Assembly (NCBI RefSeq): GCF_026210795.1
Contig: NC_089432.1
Location: forward strand, 3,162,001-3,226,000
DNA length: 64,000 nt
Source of the DNA: Rhizophagus irregularis
Lineage: Eukaryota
Reading direction: 5' to 3'
Positions 37,951 to 51,634 of the stretch are shown in pieces. Each line of letters starts with the position of its first letter. The stretch's first letter is position 1. The notes beneath the pieces were generated by a model. That model did no database searches and was not told where the DNA came from. It saw only the letters and a list, made by a program, of their open reading frames with translations. The translations under genes and the position numbers were made by a program.

Positions 37951-39810
37951 ATGTCCAACAACTCTGAACTTAAAGTCATTAATAATTCAAATGAGTGGAT
38001 TGAAGAGTCTATTGTTAAGAAACGAATTAAATATTATGATCATAAACACTTTAATAATATTCAAGAAATCGGTTTCGGAAATTTCGAAAGAGTTTACCGT
38101 GCAAATTGGAAAAATTCTCATGGTTTTTTAGCATTAAAATCTTTTATAAATTTCGATATCACTGATAAAGGAATTGTTAATAAAGTAAATATAATATTAA
38201 TATAAACATTTTTTCTTTAGAAACGTTAATATACTGTACATTGCATTTCTAATTTCTAATTTTATTTATTTTCAGCTTAAACTTCAGCGTGAAGTGGATT
38301 TCCATGAAAATATTATTCGCTTTTATAGCATTACAACGGGTATTATAAATATTTTAAAAAATTTAGTATTTAACAACTAAAAAGTGAATAAATCTAAGAT
38401 ATTTTTTATTTTTCAAAAGAAATCCAGTGTGACAATTCAAAAAAATATTTGCTGATGATGGAATATGCCGATAGTGGTACCCTTCGAAATTATTTAAGCG
38501 AACGCTTCGAAAATCTCACTTGGAACGATAAATTAAATCTAGCGTTTCAACTAGTTGACGCTATATCTTATTTACATGATAAAGAAATCATGTATCATGA
38601 CTTGGTATGTTATTTACGGCGCTTATTCACATTTTAATATAAGACTATATACCAAATACAATATTAATTTTATTTATTATATTTTATAATAGCGATCAGA
38701 TAGTATTTCAGTTCATAGAAATATAATTAAATTAGCTGATTTTGGGTTGTCAAATAGAAATGAAATGGTCGCCTATGTTGATCCACAAATTTTTATTATA
38801 AATAGTGATAAAAAGTGCGATATTTACAATACTGGCATACTCTTATGGGAAATTTCTAGTGGCAAATCACCCTTTTGTAAAGAACTGCATGATGTCAGTC
38901 TTGGCACACCTGAAGATTATGTGCAAATATATACTGGCAAGTACAATTATGCTTAAAATATAATTTATAATACAATATTATTAGTTTTAAGCTTAATTTA
39001 TATTATTTAGATTGCTGGTCAGATGATCGTCCAACTATCAACCAGGTTGTAGAAAAATTAAATGCTTTTATTCTAAAAGAAAGCATCCAATTATCAAGTA
39101 AACAGCAACTTCATGAAAACATTACTAATAGTTCATTATATGGGAATATGTCTCAAAGTTTTCAAAATTTTAGTAAAGTAATTATAAAAGAAATCGAACC
39201 TTCAATTTTATCAAATCTAATTATAAATGATTTTGAAATAATGATTGCTGAAATGATTTTCCTTCTTGAAAATATAAAAGCAACAAACAAAAAGCATAAA
39301 GTTATTAATTATCTTAATAATCATAATTTAACTTCGCAAGAAATTTATAATTGGTTATTAAATAATCAAGATAATTCAGATTCTGTGTTTTTACTTGGAT
39401 TATTTAATCATTTTGGAATTGAAATTAATATTGATGAACAAAAGGCATTTGAATTTTATCAAAAAGCAGCAAATGCAGGTCATGCATCTGGAATAACTAG
39501 TTTAGGATATTGCTATCATTGTGGAATTGGAACCAGTATTGATAATCAAAAGGCCTTTGAACTATACCAAGAGGCTGCGAATTTAGGAAATACACGTGGA
39601 ATATATAATTTGGGAGTTTGTTATAATAATGGAGTTGGAACTAGTATTGATTATCAAAAGGCATTTGAACTATATCAAGAATCTGCAAATTTAGGAAATG
39701 TACTCGGATTAACTGGTTTAGAATATTGCTATAGTTTTGGGATTGGAACCAGTGTTGATAAACAAAAGGCATATGAGTTATATCAAAAATCAGCAATTTA
39801 TGATAACTAG
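37951..39810 (+). CDS. Kinase-Sel1 copy 5: pseudokinase (YHDLRSDS, alphaC E>K) with 4 Sel1 repeats, ~508 aa, C-terminally truncated
   Basis: Exons 37951-38184, 38276-38339, 38420-38604, 38693-38936 (GC donor), 39011-39810 form an open frame. Decayed repeat remnants extend to ~39985. Confidence 0.7.
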
Positions 39811-42802
39811 GTCAGTTAGGATATTTATTATGGAAAAGGAACTGAAATAAATGTTAAAAAGCTGCAAATTTAGGAGATTGTTTTTCTCAATGGAATCTTG
39901 CTTTTATGTATGAAAATAAAAGGAGTTGAAAGGATATAAATAATGATAAATGTGCTGGACAAGGAAATTTGGATTAATAAATTAAAAGAATTAATATTTG
40001 TATGATATTATTAGCTTTATAATAAGAAAAAAGATCACAGTATTTTTAACTCTAAAATAAATATAAAGATATGGTACTAACATTGTAACAAATGACATTA
40101 TCCAACTCAATAAAGTTTACCACCAAAGAAGTTCATTTTTATGCAGAATGTGTAGAACATCTCTGCTTTAAATTATTGATATAGTAACTAACTAGTACAC
40201 TTCTTTACAGTGGTCACTACCAGCCAATCACTTCTCATTTCATGTGAAACATGACGATATGCTAAAGGATTTTATAATTGGATATTTGTTTGAAAAATAA
40301 ATTTTTCGAATTGGTAAATAAAATTTAATCTTACTTTATTTGGTTATACACATATACAGTATAAGATAAAACTACTAGTATACTTTGTAAATGATAATTT
40401 CATTAATTAAATCGCAAAAAAAAAATCTTATTCATGAATATATTTTGCATGTTTTTATTAATATTTTATTTATATAAGATAGATACAGTATAATAAACTA
40501 GAGCTTGGAGTCAGTTAAGGTTAACCAGGTTATTAACCGTTAAAAATGGTTAATTTAGCCGGTTAATTTATTCGGTTAAAATGCCCTTTTCAAGCATTAA
40601 CATTAAGGTAAAATTGTTAACGAAAAAGGTTATATATATAATTAATATTTTACATATTTTTTATATTAAAATTACACTTCAACAAGTGTTAATTAACAAT
40701 AAATTGAGCTTAATTCTTGCTTGAATTATTATTTAAAATTTGCATATGATATTAACTCCGGTCAAATTCTAATGCCGGTCAGAATTAAGTTTTAACCGGT
40801 TGAGGTTTTTTGGTCTGGTTCCATAAAATAGTATTTTCTTTTTCGTAATAAGTATATGACATTTTAAATATATTAGAATATTTTCATGATTCAGTCTTTT
40901 TTTTATTTATGAATTAATAAATTAATCCTATAATTACTTTACAGAAACCTTCAATTTTTATAAATATGATAAACACATAATTGTTAGATAGCAATCATAT
41001 TTTCGATATATAATAAAAGTATTTTAATATACAGCATATTATATTATTAATTATGAGTGTATAAAACATGTTCGTAATTTCCTTGATTTACGCTTATTAA
41101 TTATTTAAATCAAAAAAAAGATTACATAATTATACAAGATACTTAGATGTAATGTTAATTAATTATTAATAACCCTATACCTAACCTATCTATCTAAAGT
41201 TAAGTATAATTTCAATATTTATACTTATTATGTAATCTATATTAAAAATTCTAACTAAATAATTTTTGTGAACTAAACCTATCGATCTATATTCTATTAT
41301 TTCTTATATAGTATAGTAAAATATGTTAGCAACTTTATTTGCGCCATTAGATAATAGTCATATTTTCAATATAAAAATATTATTACAATCTTTTGGTAAT
41401 ATCATGATTATTTCAAATTTTCAATTACGAATTTGTTACCTTTTAGAAATTTATTCACTGATGGCATCAAATATTAATATTCTTTTCTTTTTATTAAAAT
41501 TTATATATTATTCTGAAAACTATGATAAAGCTTCTTTTGGAAGTATTTGTAGATCTAAAAGGAAAAAAAGAAAAAGAAAAATATACAAATGATTTTTTTG
41601 GGTGAAGAAATTTACAATTGCATTTAATCATTAAATTTCTAATAATAATTTCCATCAGAATTAATTGCACTGAAACATCATTCTAATAGTTTAATAGATC
41701 TTGCACTGGTAGCACCTTTACTATTTTACTATTCCAAGTTTGGTTGGGTATTGGCTGTGTTCATCACATTTTTGACTAGGTCATATAAGTCATAGTGGTC
41801 ATTTTAGAAACACTGGATATAATAGTTTTAATATCCGCTTGCTGCTCATGTAATATGATATATAGCTGAATCAACATCAATTATTTCTGGAGTATCCCTT
41901 GTACTACTATCAGTATTTGTTTCCTGCTTCTTTCAGTGAGCTAGGTTTACTCGGCAGTTCTGTTATTATTAGATCATTAGTATCTTCATTTTTGTTTTTT
42001 GCTGTCTGGATCTTGTCCTTTTTGTAGATGTGGAAAGTGTAAATTCCTCATTTTCTTCATTATATTCGTTATTTTGCTGCTTCTTATTCGATTTTTTGTA
42101 TTTTTTACAGCAGATGTGGTATTTCCTTATTACTATCAGAAGATCATCATCTTGTATTTGAATATCTTTAGCTATCTCTTTTGGGACTTTTAATACTAAA
42201 GTCTGTTAGTTAATATAAAGGAAATAAACAATAGTATTTTAAGAATTTAATTTTGTGCTTACCAAATATTCTTTTCTTTTGGGGCATTTATCAATTAAAG
42301 ATAATTATTTAAACAAATATTTCGGTAATTTAATAATAATATTTTATTACTCTAACTGAAGTTTTATTTATATTGTTTTATAATAACGCGTGCAATAAAT
42401 GAAAAAATTAAAATTTTTTTTTTTTTAAGAAAAATTGAAAACAAATTGAACGACTCTAAATAATAACACGACTGAATATTTTTCTTTTACAAAAGAATTT
42501 CAACAAATGTTTTAGTATAATCCGTTTGCTTTATCGTGCTGATCCCAAATTTTGTATTAATGATAAATCATGTGATTTAATTGTTTCTTCCCAAGATCAA
42601 TCATTTATAAATAATATTGCAATAATATTGCAATTGTACACGAAAAAAATTGCCTACAGTGTTAAAAGTTTGAAATATTCTTACCTGTTTTGTTTTATGC
42701 AATTATAATATCAGGAATTCTATTTAATAGTTTGTTTATATTATATTATTTAACGTATTATTATAATTACAGAAGTATAAGTATAACAAAAGTCAAATAC
42801 TA

Positions 42803-44351
42803 CCCTATAAGAAATATGTATACGGAAAGGATACGTTTTGTATACATTTTATGTACGTTTCTATAGATTCCGTATACAAATTCCGTATATTTAATAAGCA
42901 ATTCATTTTTGAACATTTTTTAAAAAAACTAATGTATACGGAAAAAATTAATCATACGGAATGTATACGGAATTTTTAAACTTAATATTTTTAGAAAATA
43001 ATTTTACAAAAATCTCGTATCATAACACGAGATCACGTGATTGTTTATTGTTTTGTTATGATACGTTTTTTGTTTTTATATAAACCCTTACTTTGATGAG
43101 TTTGATCTTCCGATCTTCCTTTCTGTCTTTCCTTTTCTTCTCTTTTCTCGTCTTATTTTTGTTATTTTTTCTAAATTTTTCTTCTTTTTTCGTCACCCCC
43201 CCTTTTAAAAAAAAATTTTTTTTTTCGTACCTCACTTTAAAAATTTTTCTTTTTCATCACTCCTTTAAAAAAAAAATTTTTTTTCGTCACTCCCTTAAAA
43301 AAAAAAAATTTTTTTGATTTTATTCTTTTATTCCCACTCTTCTAAAAATTTTCTTCTTTCTATTTCTATTTCCTATTTATAAAAAATTTTTTATTTTTCT
43401 AACTTTGACGTCCTCCCTTTAAAAAAAAAATTTTTCTTAACTCTCCTAACTTCGTTACCCTCTTTTTAAAAAAATATTTTTTTTTGATTTATTCTTTATT
43501 CCCCTTTCTTTTTTATTTATATTTATCCCTTTTTTTATTTCATAGGCCAGCAGATTTTTTTTTGTGAGAAGATTCAGTTTTTTTGTAGATCAGTTTGGGA
43601 GTCCTTTCCTTTTTGTAGGATTGTTCAGGATCTTTTTCTTTTTTTAGGTCAGTTCAAATTTTCTTTTTTTTTTTTTGTAAGTTGGGTTCAGATTCTTTTC
43701 TTTTTGTAGGTTGTTTCAGTTTTGTTGCTTCAGAGTCTTCTTTTTTTGTAGGTCAGTTTTGGATTTATTTTGTTGTTTTGGTTTCTTTTTCATCAGATGC
43801 TTCATAATTCTTTTCATTTATGTAGGTCAGACATTCTGGAGTTCTCTTTCTTTTTTTGTAGGAATACTGACCTTTGGTGACTTGGACGATTGCAGATACT
43901 ATATGAAGGGGGGTTTTGTTTCCAATTAAGTTAGACGTTCTTTTTTGTTTTTTTTAGGTTGTTTGACTCCAAATGAACCTGAACTTATAGATAATTTTGG
44001 TTGCAATAGGTGGCTTTAATAAGGAGGGAATTTTCATAATGTATTTGTATTTTGTTTATTTTTTATTTTTTATTTAATTTAATAAAGTAAAATTAGATTT
44101 ATATAAATATAATTATAGTAAACTGTAATACAAATAGTAAATTCAGTGACCAAATCGTATAAATTTCGTGATAAAATCAGTGATCAAATCATGTAAATTC
44201 CATATGAATTCCGTGCAAATTCCGTATCCAAACCATATTTTTAGTGATACGGAATTGTGCATTTTTCCGTATCCTATTATGATACGTTATTTCTAAGGAA
44301 AAAAAATCGTATAAAAACTTTATAAAAAACGTATCCAATTTTTTTGTAGGG
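42803..44351. mobile_element. 1.55-kb non-autonomous CCCT..AGGG (CACTA/CMC-like) element, 3-bp TSD CTA
   Basis: CTA|CCCTATAAGAAA ... TTTTTTGTAGGG|CTA, with ATACGGAA/TTCCGTAT subterminal repeats at both ends and a T-rich low-complexity interior. Confidence 0.8.
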
Positions 44352-44857
44352 CTATAATACAAAATATCCACTTCATATTTTACTAGTACCAAAAAAAATA
44401 AATAAATTGAAACATTCTAACTGAACCATGCAAGCACATGTACAAATACCAAAATTGTGCATCAAAGCCAAAAAATTATGTTATGATAACATTTGAGGAA
44501 ACTTCTACGACTGATAATATTTTAGAGCACAGTAAAATAGTAGGTAAATAGTAGGTGTTAGTACACCTTCAGGTGAACTAGCAGCTAGTTATGTATCATT
44601 GCATAAGTGACTTCTTAGCACACAGAGTAAAACCAATGGGTGGTTTACAAAATAAAAAAGCTGTAGAAATAAGTTAACATATGGATAGTTTCTTGAAAAT
44701 CAAAAATCAAAAGACTGAAGAGAAAGAAGAAAAATGGCACCATGAAGTTACCATCACCATTAGTTTATGAAGTTATTGTAGATTAAATCATTACATATCA
44801 TAATTTAGCAGGAATTAACTAAAATAATATCTAGAGCCTTGTAGAGTTACCCAAAAA

Positions 44858-45005
44858 TTAGATTATAAAGTTACCAGTAGATTATAAAGTCACCACTAGA
44901 TTATGATGTTAGATTATGATGTTACCATTATTATAAATTATGTCATTGGATGAAGCCACCACTAGGTTATGAAGTTACTGTCATAACCTAATCTAAGTCA
45001 CCAGT
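44858..45005 (+). repeat. Degenerate ~19-bp minisatellite (TAGATTATAAAGTTACCAG-like)
   Basis: Consecutive TAGATTAT(A/G)A(A/T)GT(T/C)ACCA units. Confidence 0.6.
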
Positions 45006-45774
45006 GATTCTACTTAAAAGAATCACTGGGTGGTATGCAATATCCTAATAGATTTATTCCACCTGAATGTCCATCTTTAGCTAATTTTTTAGATAATTCA
45101 AAAGTTTTATTAAAATCTTTATCATCTTTAATTCTTTATGCATATATGCAAGTCCAAATTGAGCCAAATTATTTTCTAATATTGCTGCTTAATTATATAA
45201 TCCAAATGTTTTTTTTATCAAGATTGGTTCCAATTTCATGATAATTAGAACATCCAAGTAAATAAATAGAATTTGGATCATTTTAATTGTTCAAAAACCA
45301 AATATAAATTTCTTGTAATTTATATTATAATTTTCGAATTCTTCTTTCCTTCATTTACTTCTTTAAAACTTAGATTAACCAATTCATCAACTATAATACT
45401 TAAATCTTCAATATATTTTCATGAATATTTTTTTGAGTTATATGGAGAAAAAAAAATCAATAATATTTGAAATCTATGTAGTACAATACCAAATAAATCA
45501 AATAAATCATAGTACCCTAAGCCATGGGCGAAAAAAAGTGATAATCATGTGATTTGGTCTGCATTGCAGCGTTATACAAAATAATTAAATATAAACAGTG
45601 GAATACGTAATAGTATGACATAATCCATTGTTTAAAATTTTCTGTTGGCTTGCAAATTACACAAATTCATTTTTTTGGATTTGTGTCAAACACAAATATC
45701 TATAAATTGTATAAATTTTTTCTTCGACTTCCGCAGTAAGAAATAATTTTTTTTTTGTAAAATAATAATATAAT

Positions 45775-47941
45775 ATGTCTAACAATACTGAGCTTAAAAT
45801 TATTGATAATTCAAATGAGTGGATTGATTGGATTAAAGAATCTATTGTGAAAAAACAAATAAAATTTTATGACTATAATATTCAGGAAATTGGTTTTGAA
45901 AATATTGGAAAAATCTATCGTATGAATCGGAAAAACTCTTATAGTTATTTAACGTTGAAATCTTTTTTTAATTTTAATATTACAGTTAAAAAAATTATTA
46001 ATGGAGTAACTATATATATTTCTTGTCTTTAAAATATGCTAATGTATATTACGTTTCTAATTTTACCATATTATTTTATCTTTAGATTAAACTTCAACGT
46101 GAAGCGGATTTTCATGAAAATATAATTCGTTTTTATGGTATTTACAATTTTATAAATATTTTAAAAGCATTGTTTTATTTAATAAAGCTAAGCAAAATCT
46201 AAGAATTTTTTTTTTTGTTTTTCAAAAGAAATCCAAAACGATAATTCAAAAAAATATTTGCTGGTTATGGAATATGCTGATAGTGGTACTCTTCGAAACT
46301 ATTTAAGTGAACGGTTTGAAAATCTAACTTGGAATGATAAATTAAATCTAGCATTTCAATTAACTGATGCTTTATCGTATTTACATGATAAAGAAATCGT
46401 GCATCATGATTTAGTAGGTTATTTACAATACTTATTTGCAATTTAATGATTTATACCATAAGGTTACATATATCTAATATCGCTAACTATTTGTTTTCTT
46501 TATTGCATTTAATAATAGCATTCTAACAATATATTAGTTTATAAAAATACTATCAAATTGACTGATTTTGGATTGTCAAAAAGGATTAAGGAATTGTTTA
46601 ATTTTCAATCAAATTTACTTGAAATGATCACCCACGTTGATCCACGAATTTTTAATAGAAAAAGTGATAGCAACAACAAAATTAAATTATCATTAAATAA
46701 AAAGAGTAATATTTACAGCATTGGCATAATCTTATGGGAAATATCTAGTGGCCAACCACCTTTTTATAATGAATTACATGATGTTGGCTTGGCTATGAAA
46801 ATATCACAAGGTCTCAGAGAAAAACCTGTTCCAAATATATTCGAGGATTATATAAAAATATATACTGGTAAATATAATTGAATAGTTATGGTTTATATTC
46901 ATAATAATATTTATTGATTACAAATATTTACATTTAGATTGTTGGAATAATGAACCAGATGATCGCCCAACTATCAACCAAGTTGTTACTAAATTAAATG
47001 CAATTATTTCAGATTTTAAGCAAAACGATTCTAATGCAAATATTCAATTATCAAGTGAAAAACTACTTAAATCAAATATTGAAGTTCCTGAAAAAATTAT
47101 AGATAATTCATTACATGAAAAAATGTCACAAGTTATTCAAACTTTCAGTAGGATAAATATAAAAGAAATAGAACCTTCAATTTTAACAAATCTAATCATA
47201 AATGATTTTGAAACAATGGTTATTGAAATCATTTTCTTTCTCGAAAATATAGAAACAGAAAGGAGAAAACATGAAATTATTGATTATCTGAATAATTATA
47301 ATATAACTTTACAGGAAATTTATTACTGGTTATCAATTAATCAGAATGATTCAAATTCAATTTTTTTACTTGGATTATTTAATCATTTTGGAATTGAAAT
47401 TAGTGTTAACAAACAAAAAGCATTTGAATTACTATACCAAAATGCGGCAAATTCAGGAAATGTTTCTGGAATAATTAGTTTAGGATATTGTCATGAGAAA
47501 GGAATAGGAACTAATGTTAATAGACAAAAAGCATTTGAATTATATCAAAAGGCAGCAAATTTAGGAAATTCACGTGGAATATATAATTTGGGAGTTTGTT
47601 ATAATAATGGAATTGGAACTAGTATTGATAATCAAAAGGCATTTGAACTATATCAAAAGGCAGCAAATTTAGGTAATTTACTTGGAATAAATAATTTAGG
47701 ACATTTTTATTTAAATGGACTTGGAACAAATGTTAATAAACAAAAGGCATTTGAATTATTTCAAGTGGCAGCAAATTTAGGAGATTGTATTGCTCAATCT
47801 AATCTTGGTTTTATGTATGAAAATGGAGAAGGAATTGAAAAAGATATAAATCAAGCAATTTATTGGTATCAAAAATCTGCTGATCAAGGAGATCAAATAG
47901 CTCAAGAAAAGTACGATGAATTAATAAGTGAAGAGTATTAA
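45775..47941 (+). CDS. Kinase-Sel1 copy 6: probable pseudokinase (GFENIG loop, alphaC E>G, HHD) + 5 Sel1 repeats, ~606 aa
   Basis: Exons 45775-46005, 46086-46137, 46229-46413, 46519-46867, 46938-47941; all GT-AG, open frame. Confidence 0.85.
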
Positions 47942-48495
47942 TTTGTATATAAATTCTTTTTAGAAATCTAGAAAAAAATTTATAGGAAATACAATATGAA
48001 ATTATGAAATTATTGGCCTGGTTATTTTTAGAAACAAAAAAAATCTAGCGGTATAATAAGTTCTTTATATTTTAAAATTTTAACTAGGAAAAAAAATTAC
48101 AGGTTTATAATAATGGTATTATTACCAAGCAAAATTGGTTAAATCAAAATGTATAAAATCTTATTAACAAAAGTAAAAATTGTAATAAATGAGTATATTT
48201 TATTATTATTCCACTTATTAAGACGTCAGATTGTAATGCATAATGAAACTGTTCAAATTATTGGCCAAAATCGAACATCGCTGTTAACACCTCTAAAAAT
48301 AATCAATTTTTTAAAAAATTTGTGAATACCCGTGATTTTTTTAAATAATTATCTGGAAAATAGTTCGGGGAAATTATGGAAAATTCCCAATTATTTGAGT
48401 AATTTACTTATAAAAAACTGTTATTGTACACATTTTCTAGAAAAATAATAGGTATTCATAAATTTTTGATAATCATATTTTTATAGGGGTGCTAG

Positions 48496-49046
48496 CAGGA
48501 CCCAGAAATATATATATAGGGGTCAGGTGGCAAAAAATTTTTTTACTATGAGCTGTACGCAGAGACTTTTTATATGAGTAGTACGCATAATTGACACCTG
48601 ATATTGAAAATCCTGCAAAAATACGCAAATAAAATTTCAGACATTAAGTTATTAATTATTTTATCATGGCTTTTCTATTATTTATAAAACCAAATACTAA
48701 TGTGAAAAAATAGAATTTACCATTTTTCAATAATATTTTTCTAAAATTACACTTTTAACCATTAGAAATTTCTTTCAATTAATACTAAATATTACAATGC
48801 GGTTAATTAAATAAGTACGTACAATAAAAATATTTTATAAATAAGATTAGCCAAATTTAGGCCAAAAATACGCAAACTAATTTTTTACATATAAAAATTT
48901 TGATAAAAAATACGCAATCTTGATGACCTAACTATAGATGAAAAATTCTAAAATTGTACGCAAATCAAAACTTTACTCCGTCTAATTCCACTATGATGGC
49001 GACGCATCTGTGTACCCTACCCCTGTATATATATTTCTGGGTCCTG
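48496..49046. mobile_element. 551-bp MITE, TIR CAGGACCCAGAAATATATATA, 6-bp TSD TGCTAG
   Basis: Perfect 21-bp TIRs; TGCTAG at 48490-48495 and 49047-49052. Confidence 0.88.
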
Positions 49047-50724
49047 TGCTAGCTGTCATCGCACTAAATTGAAAACAATAACAATAATCGAAAATTCGAT
49101 CAGAATCGATTAATCTCGATTATCGAATAAAAAATCGAAACTATAGTGCCGGCCCGAATTACGAAATGATGAATCACGTGACATCATGTCTTTGCATTAT
49201 GCGAAATTTTGAATTGCATTACAAAAAGTTTTTAATCCGGAATTATAAGCTTTGACCAGAGTTACCACCGATCAGTCCGATCACGTGCAATAAACGTTTT
49301 ATTTTAAATGCAAATTCATAAAATTTAATAATATGTTAAATTCCTGTTACAAAAATTAATGATCTAATTATGGAAATCGATTCCAATCCCGAAAACCAGT
49401 AGGCTTTTTGGATAATTCATTAATTCACCATACATTTCTATTGAAGTTTATATACAGTACTATATCATATTTTTTTCATGTGAAATTCAATAGAAGGAAA
49501 AATTACAGTTCATATTACTTCCCATAATAGTATACTTTTTGGTGAGTTTATATTCATAAACTAATGTATATAAAAATTCAGTTTAAGTAATTATGAAGCT
49601 ATTTCAATTTATATAATTAATATTATTTTAATGTCTCTTTCATGAGATTCTTCTAAAAAATTTCTTTTAAAATAAAGTTGTTTGACTGAATCATGATTCA
49701 CATTATTATTATTAATTTTTATTCACTTGGCTATCAGACTTTAGAAATGAGATACTTATTTTTGTGTCAATACTCAATGTCTGAAATGCATAATTTCTTG
49801 AGTCATTATAATTATTGCATGGCGTTTAAAGTTTAGTTATTGGTTTTACCGTTCTTTTGCATAACCAATCAGACTCATTTTCGTGTCAAATATCTTAAAT
49901 GATCAATTTTTGAGTTTATCATTTTTGTATTTAAATAATAATATTATAAAATTATTTCTTTAAACAATAATTCAAAGTCAAGGGCATTGGCCATACAGGA
50001 ACTATGCGGAAATGATTCCCTGGACTTATCTAGTCTCCTTCTGGTACTCACCTTCAAGTTGTCTTGTTTTTGAATTTTTATTTGAATATTTCTTTGAACT
50101 CTTTAACTTATTCAAACAAAAAATATTTTTTAATTTTATTTTGTATTTATACTTAGAGTTTTATTAACAAACTAAGTATTTATCACTTGTTGTTTATTGA
50201 CAAAATATATTTTTGATTTTTTATTAATATTTATCAGAACTATTCATATAAAAAGGTTGACATGTAAAAAAACCATATACGCAATGGAGAATAGCTACAT
50301 GGGATGGTTTTTATTTTGAACAATATTTCCGATAAAGAATTGGATCTGAGACGAAGGAAGCGAAGAAAGTGTCAACATTAAAGTGTCAATCGAAAGTTAG
50401 TATTTTACACATTCTTAGGGAGTAGTGAACATGCTACATCTCATGTTCTCAGCTTCTTGCATATAGGGAAGAAGAGCATCCAGACATAAATTCTCATTAT
50501 ATACACATCTTACTATGTGGTTATTTAGATCTGCTGATACTGAAGGAGAAATCTGCTACTATCTTACTTTTTGCATTACTAGAATCTAGAAATAAATTTG
50601 TGATTCTTTCAATTGCCATCATTATAATAATGTTTAAAAATACCAAATTAGTTTTATCCTCTCATTTTATTTGGTACATTGTAACATAAGGACAAATATT
50701 TAATAGCCATTTTCCTATCTGGGT

Positions 50725-51159
50725 TAGGGATGGCAACGGTCACGGTCATTAACCGATTATGACCGGTCATGACCGTGACCGATATCGGTCGGTCAAGACT
50801 TCTGACCGACCGTTTGACTGACCGTTTGACCGACCGTTTGACCGACCAAATTTTTTTATGAAAAATTTAATAAAAAACGTCGCGAAAACGTTTTTTATTA
50901 ATAATTAATTAAAAAAAAATGTTTTTTGCAAACGTTTTAATCATTTTAACAAAAAACGTTGTGAAAACGTTTTTATTAATAATTTAATAAAAAATAAACG
51001 TTTTCGCACGTTTTTTCAATTGCCTTAATAAAAACACTGCGAAAATATAAAAAAAATGATCGGTCAAATGGTCGGTCAAACGGTCGGTCGGTCGGTCAAA
51101 GGTTCTTGACCGGTCATGACCGACCGATGACCGACCATGACCGACCGTTGCCATCCCTA
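50725..51159. mobile_element. hAT-type MITE, 435 bp, 8-bp TSD ATCTGGGT
   Basis: TIR TAGGGATGGCAACGGTC / GACCGTTGCCATCCCTA, perfect 8-bp TSD, and dense GACCG/CGGTC subterminal repeats. Confidence 0.92.
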
Positions 51160-51634
51160 ATCTGGGTATATTAAATAAATAAAAATTCAATTATTAAATA
51201 CATTAATTTATATGATAGCAATATTTTTACAAGCTTTGCAGAAACAGTTCAACGAACTTAAATCATGGAGAGACCAATGGTTCTGATAGAAAAAATGAAA
51301 AAGTAAATCATCAGTCCAGACTTAACCAAAAAGAGATACCAGATCAAGTACCTTCTGTTTACTTCGTGGATCTGGCAAAAACAAATATTATGGGAAATTT
51401 CCTTTGATATTAAGGCTGATGAATTTCTGTTGCTCATGGGTTCACAAGCATCTGGAAAGGCAACATAAGCATTTGGTTTATGCAACAGTTACTTGATGAA
51501 AATTGTCTTAATTTTCTAGTAAATTTCACTTGCTTCTTTAACATATGTATTGCTTGCTTACTGATTACATACTTATTGTCTAGTATAACTTTGGAGCATA
51601 TAAAGGTCAATGTATTTTCTGGAATAGATAAAGC

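Noticed and set aside
40499..42300. TTAACCGGTTAA-type repeats and decayed minus-strand coding fragments
   Set aside because: Probably an old transposon, but neither boundaries nor family could be supported.
43093..43929. Phe/Leu-rich ORFs resembling membrane proteins
   Set aside because: They are translations of T-rich low-complexity DNA inside a non-autonomous element.
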